Shown: positions 56,011 to 64,000 of the stretch, piece after piece
Position numbering within the stretch: position 1 is the stretch's first letter
How the letters are laid out: each line of letters starts with the position of its first letter
Assembly (NCBI GenBank): GCA_965226825.1
Contig: CBDDED010000003.1
Coordinates: 2,985,240 to 3,049,239 of the forward strand
Length of the DNA stretch: 64,000 bases
DNA from: Dehalococcoidia bacterium
GTDB lineage: Bacteria; Chloroflexota; Dehalococcoidia; Lucifugimonadales; UBA3495
Direction: 5' to 3'
Made by a program: the position numbers and the translations under genes
Notes under the pieces: model-generated
The model's database searches: none
Told to the model about the DNA's origin: nothing
What the model saw: only the letters and a program-made list of their open reading frames with translations

Positions 56011-57468
56011 TCACTCCTTGCCCTCGGCCAGGTCAATCGCCCTCAGCAGGGCCCCGGCTTTATGCCTGGTTTCCTGGTATTCATCCTCGGCGTTGCTGTC
56101 GGCAACAATTCCGCCGCCGGCCTGCACGTACATGACCCCGTCTTTGTAAATGCCGGTGCGCAGCACCAGGGCCGTGTCCATGTTGCCGGAATAGCTGAAA
56201 TAGCCCACCGCGCCGCCGTAGGCGCCCCGTTTTTCACCTTCTATCTCGGCGATAATCTCCATTGCCCTGATTTTGGGCGCGCCTGACACGGTCCCCGCCG
56301 GGAAGCAGGAACGCAGCGCGTCATAGGGAGTAAGTTCAGGCCGCATGCGCCCCTCCACGTGGGAGACCAGGTGCATTACGTGGGAGAAGCGCTCGACGTC
56401 CATCAACTGGGTGACTGACACCGTGCCGGGGATGCTTACCCGGCCAATGTCGTTGCGCCCCAGGTCCACCAGCATTATGTGTTCCGCACGTTGCTTCTCA
56501 CTGGTTTTGAGTTCCTCCTCCAGCGCGGCGTCTTCCTCGGGGGTCTGGCCGCGGGGGCGAGTGCCGGCGATGGGGTGGGTAGCGGCGATGCCGTCCTCAA
56601 CCATGACGACGGTTTCGATTGCGGCGCCGACAATCTGGAAATCGTCGAGCTGCAAATAGTACATGTAGGGTGATGGGTTGATGCTGCGCAAGCTCCGGTA
56701 CACCTGGAAGGGGTGGGCATCGGTGCGGCGGGAGAACCGCTGGGAGTTTACGACCTGTATCACGTCCCCGGAGTAGATGTACTCGATGCACTTGTCGATT
56801 GCATCCTCATACCCCTCGCGGTTGAAGTTGGAAACCACCTCTCCCGAGTCCTCCGACCTGCCGGGGTTGGACGACTGCAGTTCGGCGGGCAATTCCAGCG
56901 GCTTGGACAGCCGGTCGACCATTTCATCGATCTTTGCGGTGGCTGCGTTGTAAGCAGCCTCAATGTCGCCGTTCAGGTGGGCGTGGCTGACCACCTTGAT
57001 GTCATGTCTCAAGTGATCGAATACCAGCATGGTGTCGCCGAAGGTGAACACGGATTCGGGCAATCCCTGCGGATCGGCCGGCATCACTGGGACCCTGGGC
57101 TCGAAGTAGCTGATGGAATCGTAGGACAGGTAGCCAACTGCACCGCCGTGGAACGGGGGCAGGCCGTCGACAGGTATGAGGTTGAACCTGCTCATCTCTT
57201 CCTGGACCGGGGTCAAGGGGTCAACCTGGCCTTCGGGCTGGCCGGGGCCGGTCTTGATGACCCGGTATGGGTCGGTCCCGATGAAGCTGTAACGCCCGAT
57301 GCGTTCTCCTCCGGATACACTTTCCAGCAGGTAAGAGTAGGGCGGCCGGGCCACCTTCAAGTAGGCGGACACCGGGGTTTCCAGGTCGGCGTTGATCGAG
57401 CGGTACACCGGGACCAGGTTTCCCCGCCCGGCCATCGCCTTTACTTGTTCCAACGTTGGTTGGTACAT
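56011..57468 (-). CDS. trpE: anthranilate synthase component I
   Basis: Internal ATG at 57468: MYQPTLEQVKAMAGRGNLVPVY..; ..LLESV.GGE..GRYSFIG..; ..GAPKIRAMEII..E..RG.YGGAVGY.. Confidence 0.95.
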   Translation of the reverse strand: MYQPTLEQVKAMAGRGNLVPVYRSINADLETPVSAYLKVARPPYSYLLESVSGGERIGRYSFIGTDPYRVIKTGPGQPEGQVDPLTPVQEEMSRFNLIPVDGLPPFHGGAVGYLSYDSISYFEPRVPVMPADPQGLPESVFTFGDTMLVFDHLRHDIKVVSHAHLNGDIEAAYNAATAKIDEMVDRLSKPLELPAELQSSNPGRSEDSGEVVSNFNREGYEDAIDKCIEYIYSGDVIQVVNSQRFSRRTDAHPFQVYRSLRSINPSPYMYYLQLDDFQIVGAAIETVVMVEDGIAATHPIAGTRPRGQTPEEDAALEEELKTSEKQRAEHIMLVDLGRNDIGRVSIPGTVSVTQLMDVERFSHVMHLVSHVEGRMRPELTPYDALRSCFPAGTVSGAPKIRAMEIIAEIEGEKRGAYGGAVGYFSYSGNMDTALVLRTGIYKDGVMYVQAGGGIVADSNAEDEYQETRHKAGALLRAIDLAEGKE

Positions 57469-57528
57469 CGGTCTTCTCCAAAGATGCGTCGCCGCGGCCG
57501 GCCCCCTGGCTGTCCCAAGATTCCGGCC

Positions 57529-57563
57529 CAAAACAAAAAGCCCCGTCCACAAGGGACGGGGCT
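57529..57563 (-). terminator. Intrinsic terminator of the trp T-box leader
   Basis: Minus strand: AGCCCCGTCCC-TTGT-GGACGGGGCT followed by TTTTTGTTTT, about 60 nt upstream of the trpE ATG. Confidence 0.85.
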
Positions 57564-57840
57564 TTCCGTGTTGCCACCCTATTTTTCAGCCGGGCTCCCG
57601 AGATGTAGACGGAGCGTGCTGATTTCTCAACCGGCGGAGGAGTCCTGGTCCACTTGACCCCTAGTGCCGCGAGCCTTTAACGGCGCTCAACCGTCCCGGC
57701 CTAGCACGACCGTCATTCAGTGATGTACGGTTGTGATCGGCCTGCGGCTCCGGGGTCCATTGGAGCTTCTGCGCTTGGCGCCGGCTCTCACCTAACCCGG
57801 CTCTCTGTGCCTCGCTGGAAGCCTACTACTCCCCTTCACA
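57529..57840 (-). promoter_or_regulatory. T-box riboswitch leader with Trp (UGG) specifier
   Basis: Minus strand, in order: Stem I AGAGAG..GGUGAGAG (57806-57780), specifier ..AAUGGA.. (UGG = 57759-57757), F-box-like CCGUUA, T-box AAAUAGGGUGGCAACACGG (57584-57566). The alternative antiterminator is GGG[UGGCAAC]ACGG..CCGUCCC, sharing its 3' strand with the terminator. Confidence 0.85.
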
Positions 57841-58386
57841 GCCTTTAGATTATTCAATTTTAGTATCTTTCAGTATATGTATGCCCTGCCGTTGGTGTCA
57901 ATTTTTTCGTTGGAGGAGGGCGATCGACCAGAGCATGATACGCCAAGCGATTATTTACGAACCCGCACTCAAATGTGATGCAACACTTAACGTGATGGCC
58001 CTGCGCCAAGCGGCGTCACCGGCGACTGGCAACATGGCGGTGTTTGGCGCTCCGGGATGGGCCGTGTTTTGTAACGTGCATGAAACAGTGTTGTTGTAAG
58101 CTATTTAAAGGTCGAAGGGTCGTTATCGAAGGGTCGTTCCGACCGGCTAATCCCCCCGGTTGCGGTCGTCTCCAAGATTGGCAAGACGGTCCAGTTCCCG
58201 GTGGACCCAAAGGGGGGATACTGGAAAAAAACACTAAACTGACCGGCTGGATCGAGCCTCAGTTTCCGTGTTGCGGTGACCGTGCTTGTAGCTCTATACT
58301 TTTGATTAGAGTAACGTAACGACCACCGGGGCTCCCTTCGAATCCCAAAATAACGGCGCGTTCAGCGCCTAGCTGGAAGGATAGAG

Positions 58387-59406
58387 ATGGAGTATTACAA
58401 AGCTGAATACATTTGGATTGACGGGTCGGAACCGGTGTCCAAGCTCCGCTCCAAGGGCAAAGTAGTCGAGAAGGGGGAAGAGCCGCCTATCTGGGGTTAC
58501 GACGGCTCCAGCACGAACCAGGCCACCGGCGATAACTCCGACTGCGTGTTGAATCCGGTTTTCACCTGCAGTGACCCGATTCGGGGGGGCGACAACAAGC
58601 TGGTGATGTGTGAAGTGCTGCTGACGGATATGACCCCTCACCCGACGAACACCAGGGCGGCGTGCGCCGCCGCCGGGGAGAAGTTCGCCGATTTCGATAC
58701 CTGGTTCGGTATCGAACAGGAATACACTCTCTTCGACGGCATCAAGCCCTTGGGTTGGCCGGACAATGGCTACCCCGCCCCCCAGGGCGGATACTACTGC
58801 GGAGTAGGATCGGACGAGGTCCATGGCCGCCCGCTGGTAGAGGCCCACTTGGACGCCTGTCTCCGGGCGGGGCTATCGATAGGCGGGATCAACGGCGAGG
58901 TTATGCCCGCCCAGTGGGAGTTCCAGGTTGGGCCGGTTGGCGCGCCTGAAATCGGCGACCAGCTGTGGCTCGCCCGCTGGCTGCTGTACCGCCTCGGAGA
59001 GGACATTTTTATCGGGGACAAGAGGGGCGTGAGCGCGAAGCTAGACCCCAAGCCCGTCCAGGGCGATTGGAACGGCGCCGGCGCCCATACCAACTTCTCG
59101 ACCAAGCAGATGCGCGAGGCGTACGATCCCTGCGTGGCGGCGGCCGAGGCGCTTGGGGCAAACCACGATGAGCACATCGTCGACTATGGGCATCGGATCG
59201 AGGAGCGTTTGACCGGTCTCCACGAGACCTGCTCCTATAGGGAGTTCAGGTACGGGGTTTCGGACCGGGGGGCGTCCGTTCGTATCCCATGGCAGGTTTA
59301 CCGGGACGGCAAGGGGTACATCGAGGACAGGCGACCCAATGCCAATTGTGACCCTTACAAAGTGACCAGGCTCATTTTGAACACCGTGTGCGGAGCCGCT
59401 TCATAG
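58387..59406 (+). CDS. glnII: glutamine synthetase, type II (eukaryote-like GSII)
   Basis: 339 aa. MEYYKAEYIWIDG..LRSK.. N-terminus and ..GAGAHTNFS.. are typical of GSII rather than GSI. Confidence 0.88.
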   Translation: MEYYKAEYIWIDGSEPVSKLRSKGKVVEKGEEPPIWGYDGSSTNQATGDNSDCVLNPVFTCSDPIRGGDNKLVMCEVLLTDMTPHPTNTRAACAAAGEKFADFDTWFGIEQEYTLFDGIKPLGWPDNGYPAPQGGYYCGVGSDEVHGRPLVEAHLDACLRAGLSIGGINGEVMPAQWEFQVGPVGAPEIGDQLWLARWLLYRLGEDIFIGDKRGVSAKLDPKPVQGDWNGAGAHTNFSTKQMREAYDPCVAAAEALGANHDEHIVDYGHRIEERLTGLHETCSYREFRYGVSDRGASVRIPWQVYRDGKGYIEDRRPNANCDPYKVTRLILNTVCGAAS

Positions 59407-59457
59407 CCTAGCAACGAAGGGATCAGCCCTCCAGCATATCCCGTAAGGACCCCTGGA

Positions 59458-59489
59458 CTACCGGCCGATGCAGCGCCATCGGCCGGTAG
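59458..59489 (+). terminator. Perfect 13-bp-stem hairpin downstream of glnII (no U-tract)
   Basis: CTACCGGCCGATG-CAGCGC-CATCGGCCGGTAG, 52 nt after the stop codon. Without a T-run it may be an RNA-stability or bidirectional element rather than a canonical terminator. Confidence 0.4.
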
Positions 59490-59614
59490 TGCAAACCCCT
59501 GACCCGAGCAGCCTTAAGCCACGCGGCCCGGCGACGGCGGCACTCCACACTGCTTCGAAGCTTTCCTCTGATTTCACCGACCACGTCTGTCCCGACACCC
59601 CCGCCTGCCCTCGA

Positions 59615-59883
59615 GGGTCTTTCGATTGTCCCCCGTCATTCTCGCCGCCGCGGGAATCCAGAGCCCTGATTATGTACCAAGACGGTAATGCCAACTAACA
59701 CGCGCCGGGTGGACAGGTTGACGTCCCAACTGGAACATTCCAGCAGGCACGCATCCAGGTTGGATGGGGAAACGGGCTCTGGATTCCCGCTGCGGCGAGA
59801 ATGACGGGGGTAGGAGTCAAAATGGGCTCCAGATTCCCGTTGCGGCAAGAGCGACGGGGGATTCGATGATAATCGAAAGACCC
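59615..59883. repeat. ~269-bp nested-TIR MITE-like element (three REP units), uninterrupted copy
   Basis: Outer ends are GGGTCTTTCGAT.. / ..ATCGAAAGACCC. Inner inverted REP pair at 59634-59665 / 59773-59808, plus a third REP at 59828-59862. It is the reverse complement of 7148-7391 + 8841-8864. Confidence 0.85.
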
Positions 59884-60018
59884 TAACCCGGCCGCCCCAC
59901 CGTTAGACAGAGATTGGGGCCGATGCTATTATGAACTTTCTCCCCACACCCGCCTGTTCGGGCGCGTGTACATTTTTGGCCGCGGCCTAGGGTCAGTGGT
60001 TCTCGGATGAAGCGATAG

Positions 60019-60906
60019 GTGAAGATTAAAGACATTCTGGCGTCTGCCAGAACCATTTCCTACGAGTTCTTCCCGCCGAAGAACGCGGAAGGAATACCAG
60101 CGGTTTTCAGAGCGGTTGACCGGTTGACAGCCTTTCAACCCGATTTCGTTTCGGTGACATATGGAGCCGGCGGGACCACCAGGGGGTTTACCGAGGAGAT
60201 TACCAGGGGTCTCAAGGAGCGCTACGACGCTGAGGTGATGGCCCACCTGACCTGCGTTGGGCAGACCAAGGCGGAATTGAACCATGTCTTGGAGAGGTTG
60301 GACGGCGCGGGCATCGAAAACGTCATCGCGCTGCGCGGGGACCCTCCCCAGGGTGAGACCGCGTTCGTTCCGGTGGAGGATGGTTTTCAGCACGCTTCGG
60401 ACCTGGTGCAGCATATTCGAGAGAATTTCGAGTTCGGCGTTGCCGCTGCCTGCTATCCCGAGGGGCACCTGGAGTCGGGGGGCCTGGAAACCGACCTGCA
60501 GAATACCCGCTTTAAGGTAAATCAAGGCGTCGATTTCCTGATCACCCAGCTCTTTTACGACAACAGCGACTTCTTTGATTTCAGGGAACGGGCCCAAAAA
60601 GCCGGTGTCGACATCCCGATTATTCCGGGCATCCTGCCCATCCTGAGCGCTCCCCAGATCCGCCGGTTTACCTCGTTGTGCGGGGCCAAGCTGCCTCCAG
60701 ATTTGGACCGTAAACTGGAGGCTTGTGCGGACGACGATACCGCAGCCAGGGAGTTGGGCATTGAGTATGCAACCCGGCAGGTGGAAGAGCTGTGGGACAA
60801 TGACGTTGCGGGGATACACTTCTACGTTCTGAATCGGAGCTACTCGGTTTCAAAGATCCTGCAGAACCTGGGACTTCCCGGGCACGAGGCCTCCGCCGGG
60901 GATTAG
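60019..60906 (+). CDS. metF: methylenetetrahydrofolate reductase
   Basis: ..ISYEFFPPKN..FVSVTYGAGGTTR..MAHLTCVG..ALRGDPP.. GTG start. Confidence 0.92.
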   Translation: MKIKDILASARTISYEFFPPKNAEGIPAVFRAVDRLTAFQPDFVSVTYGAGGTTRGFTEEITRGLKERYDAEVMAHLTCVGQTKAELNHVLERLDGAGIENVIALRGDPPQGETAFVPVEDGFQHASDLVQHIRENFEFGVAAACYPEGHLESGGLETDLQNTRFKVNQGVDFLITQLFYDNSDFFDFRERAQKAGVDIPIIPGILPILSAPQIRRFTSLCGAKLPPDLDRKLEACADDDTAARELGIEYATRQVEELWDNDVAGIHFYVLNRSYSVSKILQNLGLPGHEASAGD

Positions 60907-61042
60907 CAAAACCGGTACAATCCCTAAAACCGGCACAATCCCAGGAAACTCACAGCTGATATAAAGGCGGCGCCCGACCGGGCCAAGCCGGTTGCCGGGC
61001 GACAGAGTTTCAAAAGCCCATACCGCTTCCGGTCTGCCGTTA

Positions 61043-61426
61043 ATGCTTACGACGGGTGTCGACATCATAGAAATTTCCCGGATCCGCCAAGTGTTGGAGC
61101 GCTACGGCCAGCGCTTTTTGAACCGGGTGTTCACTCCGGGCGAGATTGAGTATTGCCGGGGACGGGCGCCCAATCTGGCGGCCCGTTTTGCCGCAAAGGA
61201 AGCCGCAATGAAGGCCCTCGGCACCGGATACCGGGGCGTTAGCTGGAAGGACGTTGAGGTTGTCCGGGCAGAGAGCGGCGCTCCCAGCATCCAGCTTCAC
61301 GGACGGGCCGAAAGCCGGGCGCAACGCCTGGGACTCCAGGAGATGGCCCTGAGCCTGTCCCACTCCCGCGAATATGCCGTAGCCTCCGTGGTAGCCCAAA
61401 ACCAACCTCCGCCCTCCACGCCATGA
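61043..61426 (+). CDS. acpS: holo-[acyl-carrier-protein] synthase
   Basis: Internal ATG at 61043: MLTTGVDIIEISRI..RFLNRVFTPGE..FAAKEAAMKALGTG..LSLSHSREYA.. Confidence 0.9.
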   Translation: MLTTGVDIIEISRIRQVLERYGQRFLNRVFTPGEIEYCRGRAPNLAARFAAKEAAMKALGTGYRGVSWKDVEVVRAESGAPSIQLHGRAESRAQRLGLQEMALSLSHSREYAVASVVAQNQPPPSTP

Positions 61427-63006
61427 AAATTGTGACTGCTTCCCAGATGGTTGCCCTGGAGCAAGCTGCAGTTAGCCGCGGCGTCAGCAATGACTCCATG
61501 ATGGAAAATGCCGGATTGGCCGTCGCCCAGGCGGCTCGGAAGCAACTTGGCGGGGTTGCCGGCGCCAAGGTGGCGGTGCTGGTTGGCCCGGGAAACAACG
61601 GCGGCGACGGTTTGGTTACGGCCAGGCATCTCCGGCGGTGGGGCGCCGAGGTTGCCGCCTGGATGCTCACCGCCCGGCCGGATGTGGACCCGAAGCTGGA
61701 CGAAGCGCGCCTTTATGGGGTCCGGTTGCTCTTCCCTGCGGGAATCTCCGGAGACTCGGACCCGTCGCTTTCCGACCTGGATGCCTGGTTGTCCGGTTGC
61801 CGGCTGGCGGTCGACGCGGTTCTGGGCACCGGCAGGGCGCGGCCCCTGGACGGTTTGCTGGAACGGGCGTCAGGGCTTTTGTCCGATCATCGCTCCAGGG
61901 GCCGCCTGGCGGTGTTGGCCCTGGACATGCCCTCGGGCCTCGATGCCGACACCGGTGAGGTAGATCCGGCATGCTATCCCGCAGACTTGACGGTGTCGTT
62001 GGGGTTTCCAAAGGTTGGGCTGGTGACCATGCCCGGAGCCGCCCAGGCGGGACGCCTGGAAGTGGCGGGCATCGGGCTGCCGCCAGGGTTGGTGGAAGAG
62101 GTTGAATCCGAGCTTGGTCTGGACCTGGAATTGCTGACCCGCCGGTGGGTGGCCGAACGGCTGCCGGCGCGTCCCGCTGATGCCCACAAGGGCTCCTTCG
62201 GCCATGCTCTTGTGGTTGCCGGGTCTCGCAACTATGTAGGTGCGGCTTCTCTGGCGTCCCAGGCTGCGGTCAGGGTAGGCGCCGGGCTGGTCACGTTGGC
62301 ATCGCCCCGCAGCGTTTACCCGATTGCCGCTGGTAAAGTTACTGAAGCCATCCACCTGCCTCTTCCAGAAGATGAGGAGGGACGGACCCATCTGGATGCC
62401 GCCAAGGTTATTGGCGATTCCGCAGCCCGTTATACGGCGGTGTTGGCCGGCTGCGGGCTGGGGTGGTCCGGCGCCACGGCGGGGTTCGTGGAAGAGCTTT
62501 TGCTGGGCGACGCGGTCCGCGGAATTCCGTTGATTGTCGACGCCGATGGCTTGAACAACCTGTCCCAAGCGCCCGACTGGTGGCAGCGTTTGGGGTCGCC
62601 GGCTGTGTTGACTCCCCATCCCGGGGAAATGGCGACCCTGACCGGACAGGCGATTGCCGAAATTCAATCCGACCGGCTTGCCCAGGTTCTGGAATGGTCG
62701 TCCCGTTGGGGAGTGACCGTGACGCTCAAAGGGGCCTATACCCTGGTTGGCGAACCGGGGGGGCCGGTCAGGGTGTCGCCCTTTGCCAATCCGGGCTTGG
62801 CTTCCGGGGGCACCGGAGACGTGCTATCCGGGATAATAGTTGGGTTGATGGCCCAGGGACTGGCCCCCGGCGAAGCGGCGGCGTGCGGAGTGTACCTCCA
62901 CGGACTGGCCGGAGAAGCGGCGGTGGAGAGGAAAGGGAATGCAGGGACCACCGCCACCGACTTGCTCGATCTTTTGCCCGAGACCATAGCACAAGTCAAG
63001 CTTTAA
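61423..63006 (+). CDS. nnr: bifunctional NAD(P)H-hydrate repair enzyme (epimerase + ADP-dependent dehydratase)
   Basis: YjeF N-terminal domain (..GPGNNGGDG..) fused to a carbohydrate-kinase-like C-terminal domain (..GSRNYVGAA..GGTGDVLSG..). 4-nt overlap with acpS. Confidence 0.9.
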   Translation: MKIVTASQMVALEQAAVSRGVSNDSMMENAGLAVAQAARKQLGGVAGAKVAVLVGPGNNGGDGLVTARHLRRWGAEVAAWMLTARPDVDPKLDEARLYGVRLLFPAGISGDSDPSLSDLDAWLSGCRLAVDAVLGTGRARPLDGLLERASGLLSDHRSRGRLAVLALDMPSGLDADTGEVDPACYPADLTVSLGFPKVGLVTMPGAAQAGRLEVAGIGLPPGLVEEVESELGLDLELLTRRWVAERLPARPADAHKGSFGHALVVAGSRNYVGAASLASQAAVRVGAGLVTLASPRSVYPIAAGKVTEAIHLPLPEDEEGRTHLDAAKVIGDSAARYTAVLAGCGLGWSGATAGFVEELLLGDAVRGIPLIVDADGLNNLSQAPDWWQRLGSPAVLTPHPGEMATLTGQAIAEIQSDRLAQVLEWSSRWGVTVTLKGAYTLVGEPGGPVRVSPFANPGLASGGTGDVLSGIIVGLMAQGLAPGEAAACGVYLHGLAGEAAVERKGNAGTTATDLLDLLPETIAQVKL

Positions 63007-63216
63007 CCCCCGGCTCACCCGCTGGCGCAACCGGGATTTTCGTGTTTTAGCTACGATTTTGACCTTCGCCCAAACCCACCTTATGTTATACTGGGCTCGA
63101 GCAACTTAGAATAAACATTATCTTTTTACAAAGGATGAAGCAACAAATAATAGCTGCTCCAGTCCCGGTTTTGGGAGACAGAGCCCGAACTATTGGGACT
63201 ATTTTGGAACAATGCC

Positions 63217-64000
63217 ATGTCTTTGGAAGCTTTTCTTGACACGCTAGCAGAATCCGGAACGGACACACCGGCTTCGGAATTCGTCGAGTTGTCCGACCTA
63301 TCTCCTTCGGAATTGGGCGCATTCGTTCGCACCTGGTGCGATCTTTCCTTGGAACACCAGCGTTGGATAGTTTCCACCCTGGTGCAGTTGGCCGAAGGGA
63401 ACCCCGAATTGGATTTCGACGCTGTTTTCAAGATGTGCTTGAAAGACAGCGATGAAGTGATCCTTGAAAAAGCGATGGAAGGCCTCTGGGAGCATGAAGA
63501 ACGGTCGGTGATACCCAGCTTCCTCAGGATTCTCCGCTCGGACCATAGCGCGGCCGTGAGAGCCGCCGCCGCCGTTGCGCTGAGCAAATTCCCGTTGCTG
63601 GCACAAGAAGGAAAACTGTTGGCGCGGGACGGCGAGTCAATTCATCAAACCTTGATGGAAGTGCTTCAGGACCCGGAGCAGGATATTGACGTCCGCCGCC
63701 GCAGCCTGGAAGCGATCGCTCCTTTCAACACTTCGGATATCCGGCAGTTTGTCTGCTGGGCCTACGAAAACTCCGACATCAAACTGAAGTCCAGCTCGAT
63801 ATATGCGATGGGACGCACCGGCGAGCCCAGCTGGCTTCCGACCGTGTTGAAGGAATTGGATGACCGGGAGCCCACTATCCGCTACGAGGCGGCCCACGCC
63901 TGCGGGGAGTTGGGGGACGAGGACGCGGTGCCCTATCTTATCCCCCTGTTGGAAGATGACGACTACCAGGTCCAACTGGCTGGCGTGTTCGCCCTAGGTC
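63217..64000 (+). CDS. HEAT-repeat protein, 5' partial (runs off window end)
   Basis: Not in the ORF track because it has no stop codon. ATG 63217 opens a frame to 64000: MSLEAFLDTLAES...VRAAAAVALSKF...DVRRRSLEAIAP...IRYEAAHACGELGDEDAVPYLIPLLEDDD (PBS-lyase/HEAT-like repeats). Confidence 0.7.
   Translation, partial: MSLEAFLDTLAESGTDTPASEFVELSDLSPSELGAFVRTWCDLSLEHQRWIVSTLVQLAEGNPELDFDAVFKMCLKDSDEVILEKAMEGLWEHEERSVIPSFLRILRSDHSAAVRAAAAVALSKFPLLAQEGKLLARDGESIHQTLMEVLQDPEQDIDVRRRSLEAIAPFNTSDIRQFVCWAYENSDIKLKSSSIYAMGRTGEPSWLPTVLKELDDREPTIRYEAAHACGELGDEDAVPYLIPLLEDDDYQVQLAGVFALG

Overview
GC-rich (~60%) bacterial chromosomal window; the taxon cannot be assigned from sequence alone. A T-box leader, many amidohydrolase-2 and crotonase genes and a dense REP/MITE family hint at a Chloroflexota-like marine organism, but that is only a guess. 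The housekeeping backbone is intact: amt, leuB, glcDEF, a class-V aminotransferase, trpE-VOC-trpG-trpD-trpC-trpF-trpB with a Trp T-box leader, type II glutamine synthetase, metF, acpS and nnr. Mobile or decayed DNA is interleaved with it. (1) An 11.5-kb integrated element splits a DUF167/YggU gene and is bounded by 12-bp direct repeats. It ends in a degraded large serine recombinase gene and carries a pepM-ppd-aminotransferase phosphonate operon between two IS1380-family copies. (2) A 0.75-kb element with 21-bp terminal inverted repeats and a single GIY-YIG nuclease ORF interrupts a cupin gene. That cupin gene lies in one arm of a 618-bp diverged direct duplication bracketing an EEP nuclease/phosphatase gene. 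(3) An IS110-family element is inserted precisely in a REP unit; it has a 221-bp 5' non-coding region (bridge-RNA candidate) and a twice-frameshifted recombinase gene. (4) A REP motif (GGGCTCTGGATTCCCGCTGCGGCGAGAATGACGGG) forms 170-270-bp MITE-like units and 49-100-bp tandem arrays, including one inside the trp operon. (5) Two lower-GC islands (about 15.9-19.0 kb and 43.4-46.3 kb) encode only unrecognised proteins with nuclease-fold-like motifs, coiled coils and glycine-zipper membrane domains. These islands are the best candidates for an undescribed (defence-like) system. Several accessory genes are multiply disrupted pseudogenes. All homology calls rest on motifs read by eye and no database search was possible; identity percentages are visual estimates.
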